DNA of 64,000 nt from Candidatus Poribacteria bacterium (GTDB taxonomy: Bacteria > Poribacteria > WGA-4E > UBA9662), in assembly GCA_046582655.1 (NCBI GenBank), contig JAYGDX010000208.1, forward strand, positions 30,361-94,360, given 5' to 3'. The stretch's first letter is position 1; every line of letters begins with the position of its first letter. The notes below the pieces were generated by a model. The model saw nothing but the letters and a program-made list of their open reading frames with translations, had not been told where the DNA came from and searched no databases. Shown one piece after another: positions 9,717 to 19,222 of the stretch. Both the position numbers and the translations under genes were made by a program.

Positions 9717-10628
9717 TTACCTAACTACGCTAACAAAAATATCTTCCAAAGATCGTTCTACCAAACCAAGATGGCGAATCTGAACATCTGTTTCGACCGC
9801 TAATTGAAAGAATAGATTCTGACTGATTGGGATTGTGTCTTGAGAGGTAACACGAATTTCCACACCAGATCGCACCTCTACTTCACAGTTATTTTCTCTC
9901 AAGGCAAAAATAAAAGCTCTTTGATTGCCTTTAATCTTTAGCTCATAACTGAGTCGATGTTCCAATTTCAATTGCTTCATGTTCCCTTCAAGAACAACTT
10001 GACCTTGATCCAAAGCAATTACGTCTTTACATACATATTCAACATCATCCAGAATATGCGAGGATAAAATGACGTCTATTTCTTTATAAGTTGAAATCTC
10101 ACGGATCAGTTCAAGCATCTCTTGACGACCAATTGGATCCATACCATTAGTCGGTTCATCAAGCAACAAAACCATTGGATCATGAATCAGTGCTTGTGCG
10201 AGTTTGACTCGCTGTTTCATACCTATTGAGTATGTTTCAACTTTTCGATATCGTGCTTCACCGAGATTGACGTATTGCAGTACTTCATGTGCCCGTTGTA
10301 TGGCATCAGCTTTGGGCATACCTGCTAATTCCCCCATATAGACGATAAAATTGAGACCGTTCATATCAGGAATATAGCAATCGTTTTCAGGCATGTAACC
10401 AATCTGCTGCCGGATTTTAATTGGGTTTTTATGGACAGGTAAATCAAAGATTCTGACAGAACCACTGCTAGGGATTAAAAAGCCAAGAAGTGTTTTAATT
10501 AATGTGCTTTTTCCCGCACCATTTGGACCCAGCAGTCCGGTGGATTTACTATCAATAGACAAATTGATGTTGTTCAGAGCTCGCGATTTGCCGTAAAAGA
10601 CGGAGAGATTCTCAATTTGAACAAGCAC
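9717..10628 (-). CDS. ABC transporter ATP-binding protein (ABC-2/drug exporter type)
   Basis: Walker A GPNGAGKST, YSIGMKQR signature, LLLDEPTNGMDP, SSH; no permease gene adjacent. Confidence 0.9.
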   Translation of the reverse strand: MLVQIENLSVFYGKSRALNNINLSIDSKSTGLLGPNGAGKSTLIKTLLGFLIPSSGSVRIFDLPVHKNPIKIRQQIGYMPENDCYIPDMNGLNFIVYMGELAGMPKADAIQRAHEVLQYVNLGEARYRKVETYSIGMKQRVKLAQALIHDPMVLLLDEPTNGMDPIGRQEMLELIREISTYKEIDVILSSHILDDVEYVCKDVIALDQGQVVLEGNMKQLKLEHRLSYELKIKGNQRAFIFALRENNCEVEVRSGVEIRVTSQDTIPISQNLFFQLAVETDVQIRHLGLVERSLEDIFVSVVR

Positions 10629-10873
10629 GATTCATGCTCACAACAAACATTAAAAAGCCACCAAAACCAGAAATCCAAAGAGATTTTCTGCTTTTATCAT
10701 AACCGTTGAGATTAAATCTTGAGTGAGGTTCATGTAGGAAAGCTATCATCAACATCGAAAGCAATATAGCACAATAACGAAATAAATTCAAAACTATTAT
10801 CTTTAATTGTGTTACGATTTCAAACTGTGTATAATCTGGAATATCAGGTTCTCTCTAAAGTTGGAGAAAATGT

Positions 10874-12151
10874 ATGAAGATTCTCGTGATTGGCATGGGT
10901 GGACGTGAACATGCAATTGTATGGAAAATTGCCCAGAGTCCGCTGGTTGAGCTGATATATTGTGTCCCTGGAAATCCAGGAATATCAGACATAGCGGAGT
11001 GCCCGCACATTTCGTTGGAAGATGACTTTAGCCATCTCGCTGATTTCGCTGAAACCCGTCAGATTGATTTGGCCATTGTTGGCCCAGAAGCTCACCTGGC
11101 CAACGGGTTAGTTAACGTGTTTCAAGCACGTGGTCTTCGTGTGTTCGGCCCAACCCAGCAAGCAGCAATAATTGAAGCGAGCAAGGATTTCGCTAAGAAC
11201 TTGATGATTAAGAATTCTATTCCAACGGCTGATCATCAAACATTCGTAGATGCTGATGCTGCAATTAGTTACGTGAAATCTTTAAACCAACCGGTCTTTG
11301 TCAAAGCAGATGGCCTTGCAGCTGGAAAAGGTGCGATTCCTGGCAGAACAGTCGAAGAAGCAGTTACAGCCATAAACCGCATTCTGGTACACGGCGACTT
11401 TGGAATTGCAGGTAGTAAAGTTATTATTGAGGAATTAATGGTGGGTGAAGAAGCGTCATTTACTGTGCTGACCGATGGTGACTACTGCCTGCCATTAGCC
11501 ACTGCCCAAGATCACAAGATGTCCCATGACGGGGATCAGGGCGAAAATACTGGTGGAATGGGTGCTTATTCACCCACCCCTGTTATTACAAAGTCAATTG
11601 AACAGGAAATAATGGAAACAATTGTGTACCCGACAATCCACTCCATGAAGACAGAAGGAAGGGAATTCAAAGGGGTGCTTTACGTCGGGTTGATGATTAC
11701 CAAAACCGGGCCAAAGGTTGTTGAATTCAATGTTCGACTCGGAGATCCTGAGACCCAGGTTCTCTTACCAAGACTAGCAAGTGATTTAGTGCCATTACTG
11801 AATGCTTGTGTTGATGGAAACCTGAATCTTTGCATGACTGAGTGGAAGCCGGAAACAGCAGTTTGCACAATTATGGCTTCTGGAGGATATCCCAGCAACT
11901 ATGAAACAGGAAAAGTCATTCGCGGAATTGATGACGCGGACGCACTAAATGATGTGGTGGTCTTTCAGGCAGGGACAAAACGCATTAATGATAAAATTGT
12001 TACGGATGGAGGTAGGGTCTTGGGAGTGACTGCACTTGGCATAGATGTGAAATCCTCAATCGATTTGTCATATCAGGGGGTGGAAAAAATCAACTTCGAT
12101 CGGGCACATTACCGTCGTGACATCGGGTATCATGCAATTAATCGGAAATAG
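10874..12151 (+). CDS. purD: Phosphoribosylamine-glycine ligase
   Basis: MKILVIG.GGREHA, KADGLAAGKG, QDHK, NTGGMGAYSP, EFNVRLGDPETQ, GGRVL, YRRDIG. Confidence 0.97.
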   Translation: MKILVIGMGGREHAIVWKIAQSPLVELIYCVPGNPGISDIAECPHISLEDDFSHLADFAETRQIDLAIVGPEAHLANGLVNVFQARGLRVFGPTQQAAIIEASKDFAKNLMIKNSIPTADHQTFVDADAAISYVKSLNQPVFVKADGLAAGKGAIPGRTVEEAVTAINRILVHGDFGIAGSKVIIEELMVGEEASFTVLTDGDYCLPLATAQDHKMSHDGDQGENTGGMGAYSPTPVITKSIEQEIMETIVYPTIHSMKTEGREFKGVLYVGLMITKTGPKVVEFNVRLGDPETQVLLPRLASDLVPLLNACVDGNLNLCMTEWKPETAVCTIMASGGYPSNYETGKVIRGIDDADALNDVVVFQAGTKRINDKIVTDGGRVLGVTALGIDVKSSIDLSYQGVEKINFDRAHYRRDIGYHAINRK

Positions 12152-12169
12152 TTGTCCAATACAGCTTTC

Positions 12170-13579
12170 TTAGCGATCGAAAATATCGTCAATCCATTCC
12201 TCAAGTACTTTTCTTGTGTCCTTGTGAACCCGATCAACATCCGGCATACTTTTTCGTGAATCAGATAGCCAGATCTGTTGACATATCGATCTCCATTCTC
12301 TAAGTTCCTGATCAGACACCCCTACGATATATTGTTTAACACATAGTAGTATTCTTTCGCCTTTTCTAACTAGATCTTCATCTTCAGTATCCATTAGTTG
12401 TCCAATTCCATTAATGAAACTTCGGCAGATCTGTAAATGGCAATTCCTGTCGAAGTCAAGTGGCAAAAGTATGTCAAATACGGCGGTCAGTGAACGAAAC
12501 GAGATTTCTTCGGGGGACGTAAGTAACTGCCAAGCATCAACGGTCACTTTTATCTTTGAACGTGGTATATAACGAATAACCGGTGCTAATATCAACCAAA
12601 CACTAATTATCAAGCGAGATTTCAGCCTCAGCGTACTATTGAATTCCCCCGATTGCTCATGAAGGATAGAATGGATGTAGTCAACGTCTGTCTGTGTTTC
12701 CGAGATTTTTAGCAGTCCTCTTACGTATGTTAATTGAAGTGTTTCGTGATCCTCAATGTATGTGTCTGGGATTTGGTGACTATACTCAATTAGATGCAGC
12801 AGGAAATCGTAAATTTCAGGCGCATAATACAGATCCTCGACAGAGAGTTCCTGTTGCAATAAAGTAATAAGATGCGCTTTAAAAGGCTCAACTTCGTGCC
12901 TAAAGCTGTCAACAATTAAACCTAAAGCGCTATTTAAATCCTTAGATCTACTGACGAACGACATCATTTTCTCTGCACAGGGGCGGGGTAATTCCTCCTG
13001 GAGTGCAGGTTGCGAAATCATCAAATCAAAAATTGCTTCGTAGGCAGAAAATGTCAAGTTGCGGTCTGTGATATGATCTAGGAGCTGACGACATAGAAAA
13101 GTGAGACCGTCGTCTGTCATCCGGATACAGACCCAGTGGATCAAGTTAATCGTGTCATCGCAATTGTAAGAATTGCGTAAATACGGAACCAGTTTAGAGA
13201 GTATTTCCTTTTCCAATTTCTCCTTATGGGGAGAAGGAAGTTCCGGCACCGAAATTGCTGTCTCAATGACTTTTTTCAGGTCTTGAAATGACTCACACTG
13301 ACGAACTGAGTTTTGCAACCCCTTAGCGATAGATTCGCGTGTTGACCAATCAATATCAGAGGCATCATAGAGTTTAATGATTAACTCAGAAGCGCGATGA
13401 TCTTCCTGGTGTAACTTTAGCTCGGAAACAAAATTGGCCGCCTGATCAATTTTTTCTCTGAACAATCGTTTTTGTATTGATTTGGCTTGGTTAACTGCGT
13501 CTTCCGTTTGACTGTCCACATGAAGTAGACTGTTGATTTGTTTTTCAACTTCTTCAAGTGTAGTTGTGAGTTCACCCAT
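12170..13579 (-). CDS. Hypothetical, probably all-alpha helical protein
   Basis: 469-aa open frame, Leu/Glu/Ile-rich, no recognised motif. Confidence 0.6.
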   Translation of the reverse strand: MGELTTTLEEVEKQINSLLHVDSQTEDAVNQAKSIQKRLFREKIDQAANFVSELKLHQEDHRASELIIKLYDASDIDWSTRESIAKGLQNSVRQCESFQDLKKVIETAISVPELPSPHKEKLEKEILSKLVPYLRNSYNCDDTINLIHWVCIRMTDDGLTFLCRQLLDHITDRNLTFSAYEAIFDLMISQPALQEELPRPCAEKMMSFVSRSKDLNSALGLIVDSFRHEVEPFKAHLITLLQQELSVEDLYYAPEIYDFLLHLIEYSHQIPDTYIEDHETLQLTYVRGLLKISETQTDVDYIHSILHEQSGEFNSTLRLKSRLIISVWLILAPVIRYIPRSKIKVTVDAWQLLTSPEEISFRSLTAVFDILLPLDFDRNCHLQICRSFINGIGQLMDTEDEDLVRKGERILLCVKQYIVGVSDQELREWRSICQQIWLSDSRKSMPDVDRVHKDTRKVLEEWIDDIFDR

Positions 13580-13742
13580 AATTATATTCTACTTGCCTTC
13601 AGTAATTATGTCAATCCGCTAACGGTTGATGTTTGTCATCAAAAATTTTGTCCTGCCAATGTTTAAGTTAATTCTGCTTGACAATAGGCAGAACCTTAGT
13701 CACAATATTTTTATTAAGAACGCAGAGATACAGGATTTTTAT

Positions 13743-14957
13743 ATGGATAAGGATTATAAAGTAAGAGCTTCATATTGCAATCACAGAGTTTCAGAAGAGG
13801 AAATTTATCAGACCTTAAAACGTACAACGGATTCATTAACGAGATCATGGCAACAGATTGAGAAAGCAAGAAAAGTCGTTATTAAGTTCAATATGATGAA
13901 GCTCCCAGAACGAATTGAGTATTTTCAAGGACGGCGTCGTGAATTAGTAGATGACGCTTTCTGTCGAGCAACTTTACGTTTGATTAAAGAGCATACTACC
14001 GCTCAATTGATTGCCACTGATACTAATCCTTACAATAATGGGAATGTGATGCCAGTTGGATTCAACTATGAACATTACCTCAAAGAATTTGATGTCCAGT
14101 TTGTGGATTCAAGTCTGCCACCATTCAGTGACTATGAAGTACCAAATGGCGGCTTGATGTTTAATCGATATACTTTGAGCAAGTGTTTTAAGGAATCCGA
14201 TGCGATGGTGTCAGTTGCCAAAATGAAAAACCATGCTTTTATGGGAATTACACTTTGTACTAAGAATCTTTTTGGGCTTCCACCAATAATTCCACCCGAA
14301 GGGCGCGCAAGAAGCTATTATCATCATTTGGTCAGGCTTTCCTATGTGTTGCCGGATCTCGCTCTAATTACCAAACCTTGCCTCAACATTATTGATGCTT
14401 TAACAGGACAATCGGGACGTGAATGGGGTGGAGAAGGTCGGGTTTGTAACGCAATGATTGCAGGAGATCATCCGATTGCGACAGATGCATGCGGCATGTA
14501 CCTGATGGGAACTGATCCGAAGTCGGATTGGCCAACCCCACCGTTCAAGCGAGATCGAAACCATATTTTAATTGCCGCCCAACGCGGCTTTGGTACAGTT
14601 GATCTGGAGCAGATTGATTTTGAGAGTGAAGTCGCCCCTCCTCTGGCTGATTTTGACTCGGTTGAAACGGATTCACCTGAAATGGTTCGCAACTGGAGAC
14701 TAACAACTTGTCAACAAGGCATGGCGTATCTTGAAAATCAAAAGCAATTGATCGATAAATACCGTGGCCAGTTCATCTATATGCAGGCAGGTAAAGTCGT
14801 CTGGAATGGTCCAGACCCATCGGATTTGGGAAGTCGCCGTCAATTAAGTGGTGGAAAAAAGGACAGCGCACTTTGGCTCAAATTAGTTGATCCTGAGGAA
14901 CATGAAGGCGAAAATTTTAATGTCTATGAAAGGCTCTTATCAGATTTTGCCGCTTAA
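13743..14957 (+). CDS. DUF362-domain protein with C-terminal DUF5678-like extension
   Basis: VVIKFN, VSVAKMKNH..MGITL..KNLFG, LNIIDAL.GQ.G.EW, AGDHPIATDA..MG; ATG at 13743 follows AGGA; upstream TTGACA-N17-CACAAT at 13678-13706. Confidence 0.75.
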   Translation: MDKDYKVRASYCNHRVSEEEIYQTLKRTTDSLTRSWQQIEKARKVVIKFNMMKLPERIEYFQGRRRELVDDAFCRATLRLIKEHTTAQLIATDTNPYNNGNVMPVGFNYEHYLKEFDVQFVDSSLPPFSDYEVPNGGLMFNRYTLSKCFKESDAMVSVAKMKNHAFMGITLCTKNLFGLPPIIPPEGRARSYYHHLVRLSYVLPDLALITKPCLNIIDALTGQSGREWGGEGRVCNAMIAGDHPIATDACGMYLMGTDPKSDWPTPPFKRDRNHILIAAQRGFGTVDLEQIDFESEVAPPLADFDSVETDSPEMVRNWRLTTCQQGMAYLENQKQLIDKYRGQFIYMQAGKVVWNGPDPSDLGSRRQLSGGKKDSALWLKLVDPEEHEGENFNVYERLLSDFAA

Positions 14958-17571
14958 AGCGCACACAATTCTTCTGATTTCCATCTTCATTTTGGCCCAG
15001 TCCGGACTCGCCAGTAACCAAGCACTGATCGTTGGTGGTGCTGGTGGCGATAAGTCTTTTTATGATCGTTTCTGGAAGGCGACTTCCAGTTTCTATAATC
15101 TGCTTGTCCAAAGATATAGTTACTATCCTGACCAGATTACCTTCCTGTTTGAAGACAATGGTGAAGATCCTGCTATAGTCGATGGTAAATCGACGAAACT
15201 CAACATCGAGAATGCACTCGGCCAAATTGCTAATAATATTAATGAGTCCGACCGGTTTACAATGTTTTGGGTTGGGCATGCCAACAAATCTGATACGAAT
15301 CTCAGACTGAACCTGCCGGGTCGTGATCTTTCCCTGCCAGTTTGTACTCAACTCATCAATAATATCATTGCTAAGGAAATGGTATTAATCTTTGATTTTC
15401 CGTTTAGTGGCCTAATAATTCCATTGCTAGAACGGGAAAATCGATTGGTTGTCACCTCATGTACCGCACGTGAACGGCACGCGCGATCTAGATTTTCCAA
15501 TCTTTTTATCGAGACACTTGAAAGTAAACTCCCAACTATCTCATTAATGGATGTCTTTACAGCAACACAAGATCTAGTGAAGACATGGTATGAAAATGAT
15601 GGTGCATATCAATCTGAACATCCACAGATCAGTAGCAGCGGATTGATGATCTCACTTGGCGACGCTGCGACTACACTACAGTTGGTTGGAGCACCTGGTG
15701 AGGACAGAATTGATAATATTATCAAGAATGCCAGAAATCAAGAGTATCCGCCTGGTTTAATGGCGGTTGTTTTATGGGAGTCCGACACTTTTGATGTCAA
15801 TGAGGATTCAAGCTATGAACATAGAAGGCGCCGCATCGTGCAGATTCTGAATAAAGATGGGGAGAAGTTTGGCACAGTCTCTATTCCTTACACGCGCAAT
15901 AATGATGATATTACTATTCACCACGCTTGGACTCTGCAAATGAACGAGGATAAGATCAATCTTGACGACTCAAGCATCACCAAGGATCTAGTGCCACCGG
16001 AAGCGGTTGAGGCAGGCATGTTCGTCGATGCTAGATTGCAGCAATTCACCATGCCGGAAATGTCAGAGAGATGTGTTATCGATTACGAATATTCGTCAAG
16101 GGCTCGCGATTACCTACTGCGGGGCGATTTTTGGAATCAAATCTATTTTCAGGCCGAGGTGCCAATCAAAAATTATCGGTTAATTGTGAAAATACCGAGC
16201 AAAAAGAGATTACATTATGCAATACATGGACCGAATATTGAGCCAAGTATCGTTGAAACTAAACATTCACGAACTTATACTTTTGAGAGTGCCGATATAC
16301 CTGCCTTATACAAGGAACCATTAATGCCGGCAATCAAGGATGTCGCATATTCTATTAGCCTATCTTCACTTGATTCTTGGGATAGGTTGATTAAATGGTA
16401 TCTGACATTAATCCGTGAACAGGATCAAGCCACTCCGGAAATTGAGGAGAAAACCAAGATGTTGGTATCTGGCGCGTTTACTCAAGAAGAAAAAATTAAA
16501 CGTCTCTACCAATTTGTAGCCGCCAACATTAGGTATGTAGCAATTGAGCTCGGTATATGGGCTATTAAACCCCATACAGCATCACGCATCTTGGAAGAAG
16601 GATATGGCGATTGTAAAGATAAATCGACACTACTCCGTACTATGCTAGCAGTGGCTGGTATTAAGTCGTATCCAGTACTTATTTCCGCTGGAGAATCAAG
16701 ACGTATCGTTCGCGAAATCCCATCACTTTCTTATTTCAACCATATGATTTTGGCGGTAGAAGAAGATGGGAATGGAGATCTAATCTGGTTAGATCCGACA
16801 GCGGAGACATGCGCCTATGGGGATTTGCCCTCCGGGGACCAAGACCGCTGGACCCTTGTACTGGACCTTTCTGCCAACAACTCAAGTCAAGATCGAGAAT
16901 CATATCGGTTTTTGAAAAGTCCAGCAGCTACGGCGGATCGAAATTTGAAGCGAATTAAAACTGAAATCCGTGTAGCGGGTGATTTGTCGATTAAAGTGAG
17001 TCAGGAAATAACACTGACAGGAGACTTTAATACCAGAGTTCGAAACCGATTGAAACATAGTGATCATCAAGTATTTTTACGTGAGTTTATAAACTTTAAC
17101 GATCGAGCGGAGCTAATTCGGTTTGATACGTCTAATTTGAGCGAAGTATCACCGCAATTCAAAATCTGGTTAGAATGGAATTGTGCTGATTATGTATTTG
17201 CTATTGGACGACAATTTGTATTGAATTTTCCATTTGCTGATTTGCCCCATGCTGAGCTGGTAGGAAACGATCAACGTGTAAATCCAGTTTTGCTTGGCGA
17301 AGCCGCTACTTTTGAAGAAGATATTTCTCTTAGTCTAGCACATCAATTTCAGATTGAGAGTTTCCCCGACGACCTCCAGATTCGAAATCAAATCGGGGCT
17401 CTGAATGTTTCCGTATCGAAACAAAGACGAAGTGCATCTATCAAGCGTACAATCCAGTTTGATAACTCGATGATACCTGCGAATCAGTTCAGCAAAATGA
17501 TCGCAATTCTCAAAGCAGCATCGGGAAAAGAAAACACGCGAGCATTGCTAAGCAAAAATATGGGAAAGTGA
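14926..17571 (+). CDS. Secreted C13/caspase-fold-like + DUF3857 + transglutaminase-like protein
   Basis: Signal-like N-terminus, ALIVGGAGG, FWVGH; IRYVAIELG..PH, YGDCKDKSTLL, FNHMI, WLDPT (intact Cys-His-Asp triad); overlaps the upstream gene; start approximate. Confidence 0.8.
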   Translation: MKGSYQILPLKAHTILLISIFILAQSGLASNQALIVGGAGGDKSFYDRFWKATSSFYNLLVQRYSYYPDQITFLFEDNGEDPAIVDGKSTKLNIENALGQIANNINESDRFTMFWVGHANKSDTNLRLNLPGRDLSLPVCTQLINNIIAKEMVLIFDFPFSGLIIPLLERENRLVVTSCTARERHARSRFSNLFIETLESKLPTISLMDVFTATQDLVKTWYENDGAYQSEHPQISSSGLMISLGDAATTLQLVGAPGEDRIDNIIKNARNQEYPPGLMAVVLWESDTFDVNEDSSYEHRRRRIVQILNKDGEKFGTVSIPYTRNNDDITIHHAWTLQMNEDKINLDDSSITKDLVPPEAVEAGMFVDARLQQFTMPEMSERCVIDYEYSSRARDYLLRGDFWNQIYFQAEVPIKNYRLIVKIPSKKRLHYAIHGPNIEPSIVETKHSRTYTFESADIPALYKEPLMPAIKDVAYSISLSSLDSWDRLIKWYLTLIREQDQATPEIEEKTKMLVSGAFTQEEKIKRLYQFVAANIRYVAIELGIWAIKPHTASRILEEGYGDCKDKSTLLRTMLAVAGIKSYPVLISAGESRRIVREIPSLSYFNHMILAVEEDGNGDLIWLDPTAETCAYGDLPSGDQDRWTLVLDLSANNSSQDRESYRFLKSPAATADRNLKRIKTEIRVAGDLSIKVSQEITLTGDFNTRVRNRLKHSDHQVFLREFINFNDRAELIRFDTSNLSEVSPQFKIWLEWNCADYVFAIGRQFVLNFPFADLPHAELVGNDQRVNPVLLGEAATFEEDISLSLAHQFQIESFPDDLQIRNQIGALNVSVSKQRRSASIKRTIQFDNSMIPANQFSKMIAILKAASGKENTRALLSKNMGK

Positions 17572-17580
17572 AGAGAAAAC

Positions 17581-18588
17581 ATGTCGGTAACAGAAGAAAT
17601 TCAAGCTATTGATAAATTAATGTTAGGGAAAGAAGCAATCTTGAAGCAAATGAGGAAAGTGATTGTTGGTCAAGAAGACACGATAGATCAAATCCTAATG
17701 GCATTTTTCGCTGGCGGACATTGTTTATTGGAAGGTGTGCCTGGATTAGCTAAGACTTTAATAATTAAGACAATTGCCAATATTATTGATCTGGATTTCA
17801 AGCGAGTACAATTCACCCCAGACTTAATGCCAACGGATATTACCGGTACAGATATACTTGAAGAAGATAAAGCTACAGGTCGGCGTGAAATTCGTTTTAT
17901 TCGCGGCCCGATATTTTGCAATATTTTGCTAGCTGACGAGATTAACCGGACACCTCCAAAAACACAAGCCGCTTTACTGGAAGCGATGCAGGAATTCCAT
18001 GTAACTGTTGGTGGAAATATGCTTGAATTAGACAAACCTTTTTTTGTGTTGGCTACACAAAATCCGATTGAACAAGAGGGAACATATTCGTTACCAGAAG
18101 CCCAATTGGATCGCTTTATGTTCAAGATCGTCATCGACTATCCTGAGGAGAAAGAAGAAATCCAAATCATTTCATCCACAACTGGCATTGAGCAGCCGAA
18201 TCCCGAACGTGTGATGTCTGGGGAAGACATTATTAGCCTCAATCAGGTTGTGCGACGAGTACCAGTTGCTGAAAATGTTGTCCAGTATGCCGTTAAAATA
18301 GTACGAGCAACGCGTTCTGGAAACAATTATGTGCCTGATTTCGTCACCAAATGGGTGCGTTGGGGCGCTGGACCACGGGCGGGGCAGTATTTAATTCTTG
18401 GTGCCAAAGCTCGGGCAATTATGCTTGGTCGATTCAATGCTTCGTGCGAAGATATTCGATCCGTGGCTCACTCGGTTTTACGACATCGGATCCTCACAAA
18501 TTTTAATGCGGAAGCCGAAGGCATCAATTCAGATGCCGTAATTGATATGCTTCTTGAGGCTATAGAGGAGCCGTCTGCCCAATGGTAA
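17581..18588 (+). CDS. moxR: MoxR-family AAA+ ATPase
   Basis: GHCLLEGVPGLAKT, RVQFTPDLMP.DITG, LADEINRTPPKTQAALLEAMQE, ATQNPIEQEGTY.LPEAQLDRF. Confidence 0.93.
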   Translation: MSVTEEIQAIDKLMLGKEAILKQMRKVIVGQEDTIDQILMAFFAGGHCLLEGVPGLAKTLIIKTIANIIDLDFKRVQFTPDLMPTDITGTDILEEDKATGRREIRFIRGPIFCNILLADEINRTPPKTQAALLEAMQEFHVTVGGNMLELDKPFFVLATQNPIEQEGTYSLPEAQLDRFMFKIVIDYPEEKEEIQIISSTTGIEQPNPERVMSGEDIISLNQVVRRVPVAENVVQYAVKIVRATRSGNNYVPDFVTKWVRWGAGPRAGQYLILGAKARAIMLGRFNASCEDIRSVAHSVLRHRILTNFNAEAEGINSDAVIDMLLEAIEEPSAQW

Positions 18589-18604
18589 AGTTACCAATTA
18601 TTAA

Positions 18605-18640
18605 TTGACGATTGACTCATTGTTTGGTAAACTCTATATT
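18605..18640 (+). promoter_or_regulatory. Two overlapping sigma70-type promoters upstream of the cimA leader
   Basis: TTGACG-N17-TAAACT (18605-18633) and TTGACT-N17-TATATT (18612-18640). Confidence 0.6.
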
Positions 18641-18712
18641 AGAAGAACGAGTCAGAAAAATAGTATTTCTTGACCACTATCTTAACCACTGGATTTTTAT
18701 TTATGTGAATAT

Positions 18713-18808
18713 ATGAGGCAAGAAATGGTTGTACGCTGGATTTGTTCTATTATTTTGATTCTCATCCCTGTTGCATTTGAAAGTAGAGCCATCGATTCTC
18801 GTGATTGA
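18713..18808 (+). CDS. Putative Ile/Leu/Val-rich attenuator leader peptide MRQEMVVRWICSIILILIPVAFESRAIDSRD
   Basis: 31-codon ORF absent from the ORF track; 6 Ile, 2 Leu, 3 Val, with an IILILI cluster; lies between the promoter and a strong terminator upstream of cimA. Confidence 0.7.
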   Translation: MRQEMVVRWICSIILILIPVAFESRAIDSRD

Positions 18809-18831
18809 TTGCTGACTCGAATGGAGATTTT

Positions 18832-18867
18832 ACCCACTTTCGCAGACTTGCGAAAGTGGGTTTTTTT
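18832..18867 (+). terminator. Intrinsic terminator (attenuator) upstream of cimA
   Basis: Perfect 13-bp stem ACCCACTTTCGCA-GACT-TGCGAAAGTGGGT followed by a T tract. Confidence 0.88.
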
Positions 18868-19222
18868 GTTCTCGGATATCAGGATATAAGTTTGAATCAG
18901 CCATTTCCTTCAATACAATGCATCGCGCAATAGCCAATGTGGTCAATCTAATTGGCATGTTATATGTTATTCAACAAATAATCCCTGTGGATCGTTAGTA
19001 GAATACGCAACTTTATTGGGAGCATCACCGTTTTGTATGTGTTGTCACTCAGGGGGGTAATTTGGTTCAATTGGACTTCTAACTAACCATTGAATTATTC
19101 AGGACGGTTTGAGAACTGTGTTTAATTAGCTAGCAGGCAAATAATGACTGCGATCGAAATTCTATTTGGAACTTAAATATTCATATCAACAGGCAAAAAA
19201 TGGAAAGTCAAGGATAAACAGC

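Noticed and set aside
9644..10873. ZTP or purine riboswitch upstream of folD or purD
   Set aside because: No recognisable conserved aptamer sequence; an Rfam scan would be needed to exclude it formally
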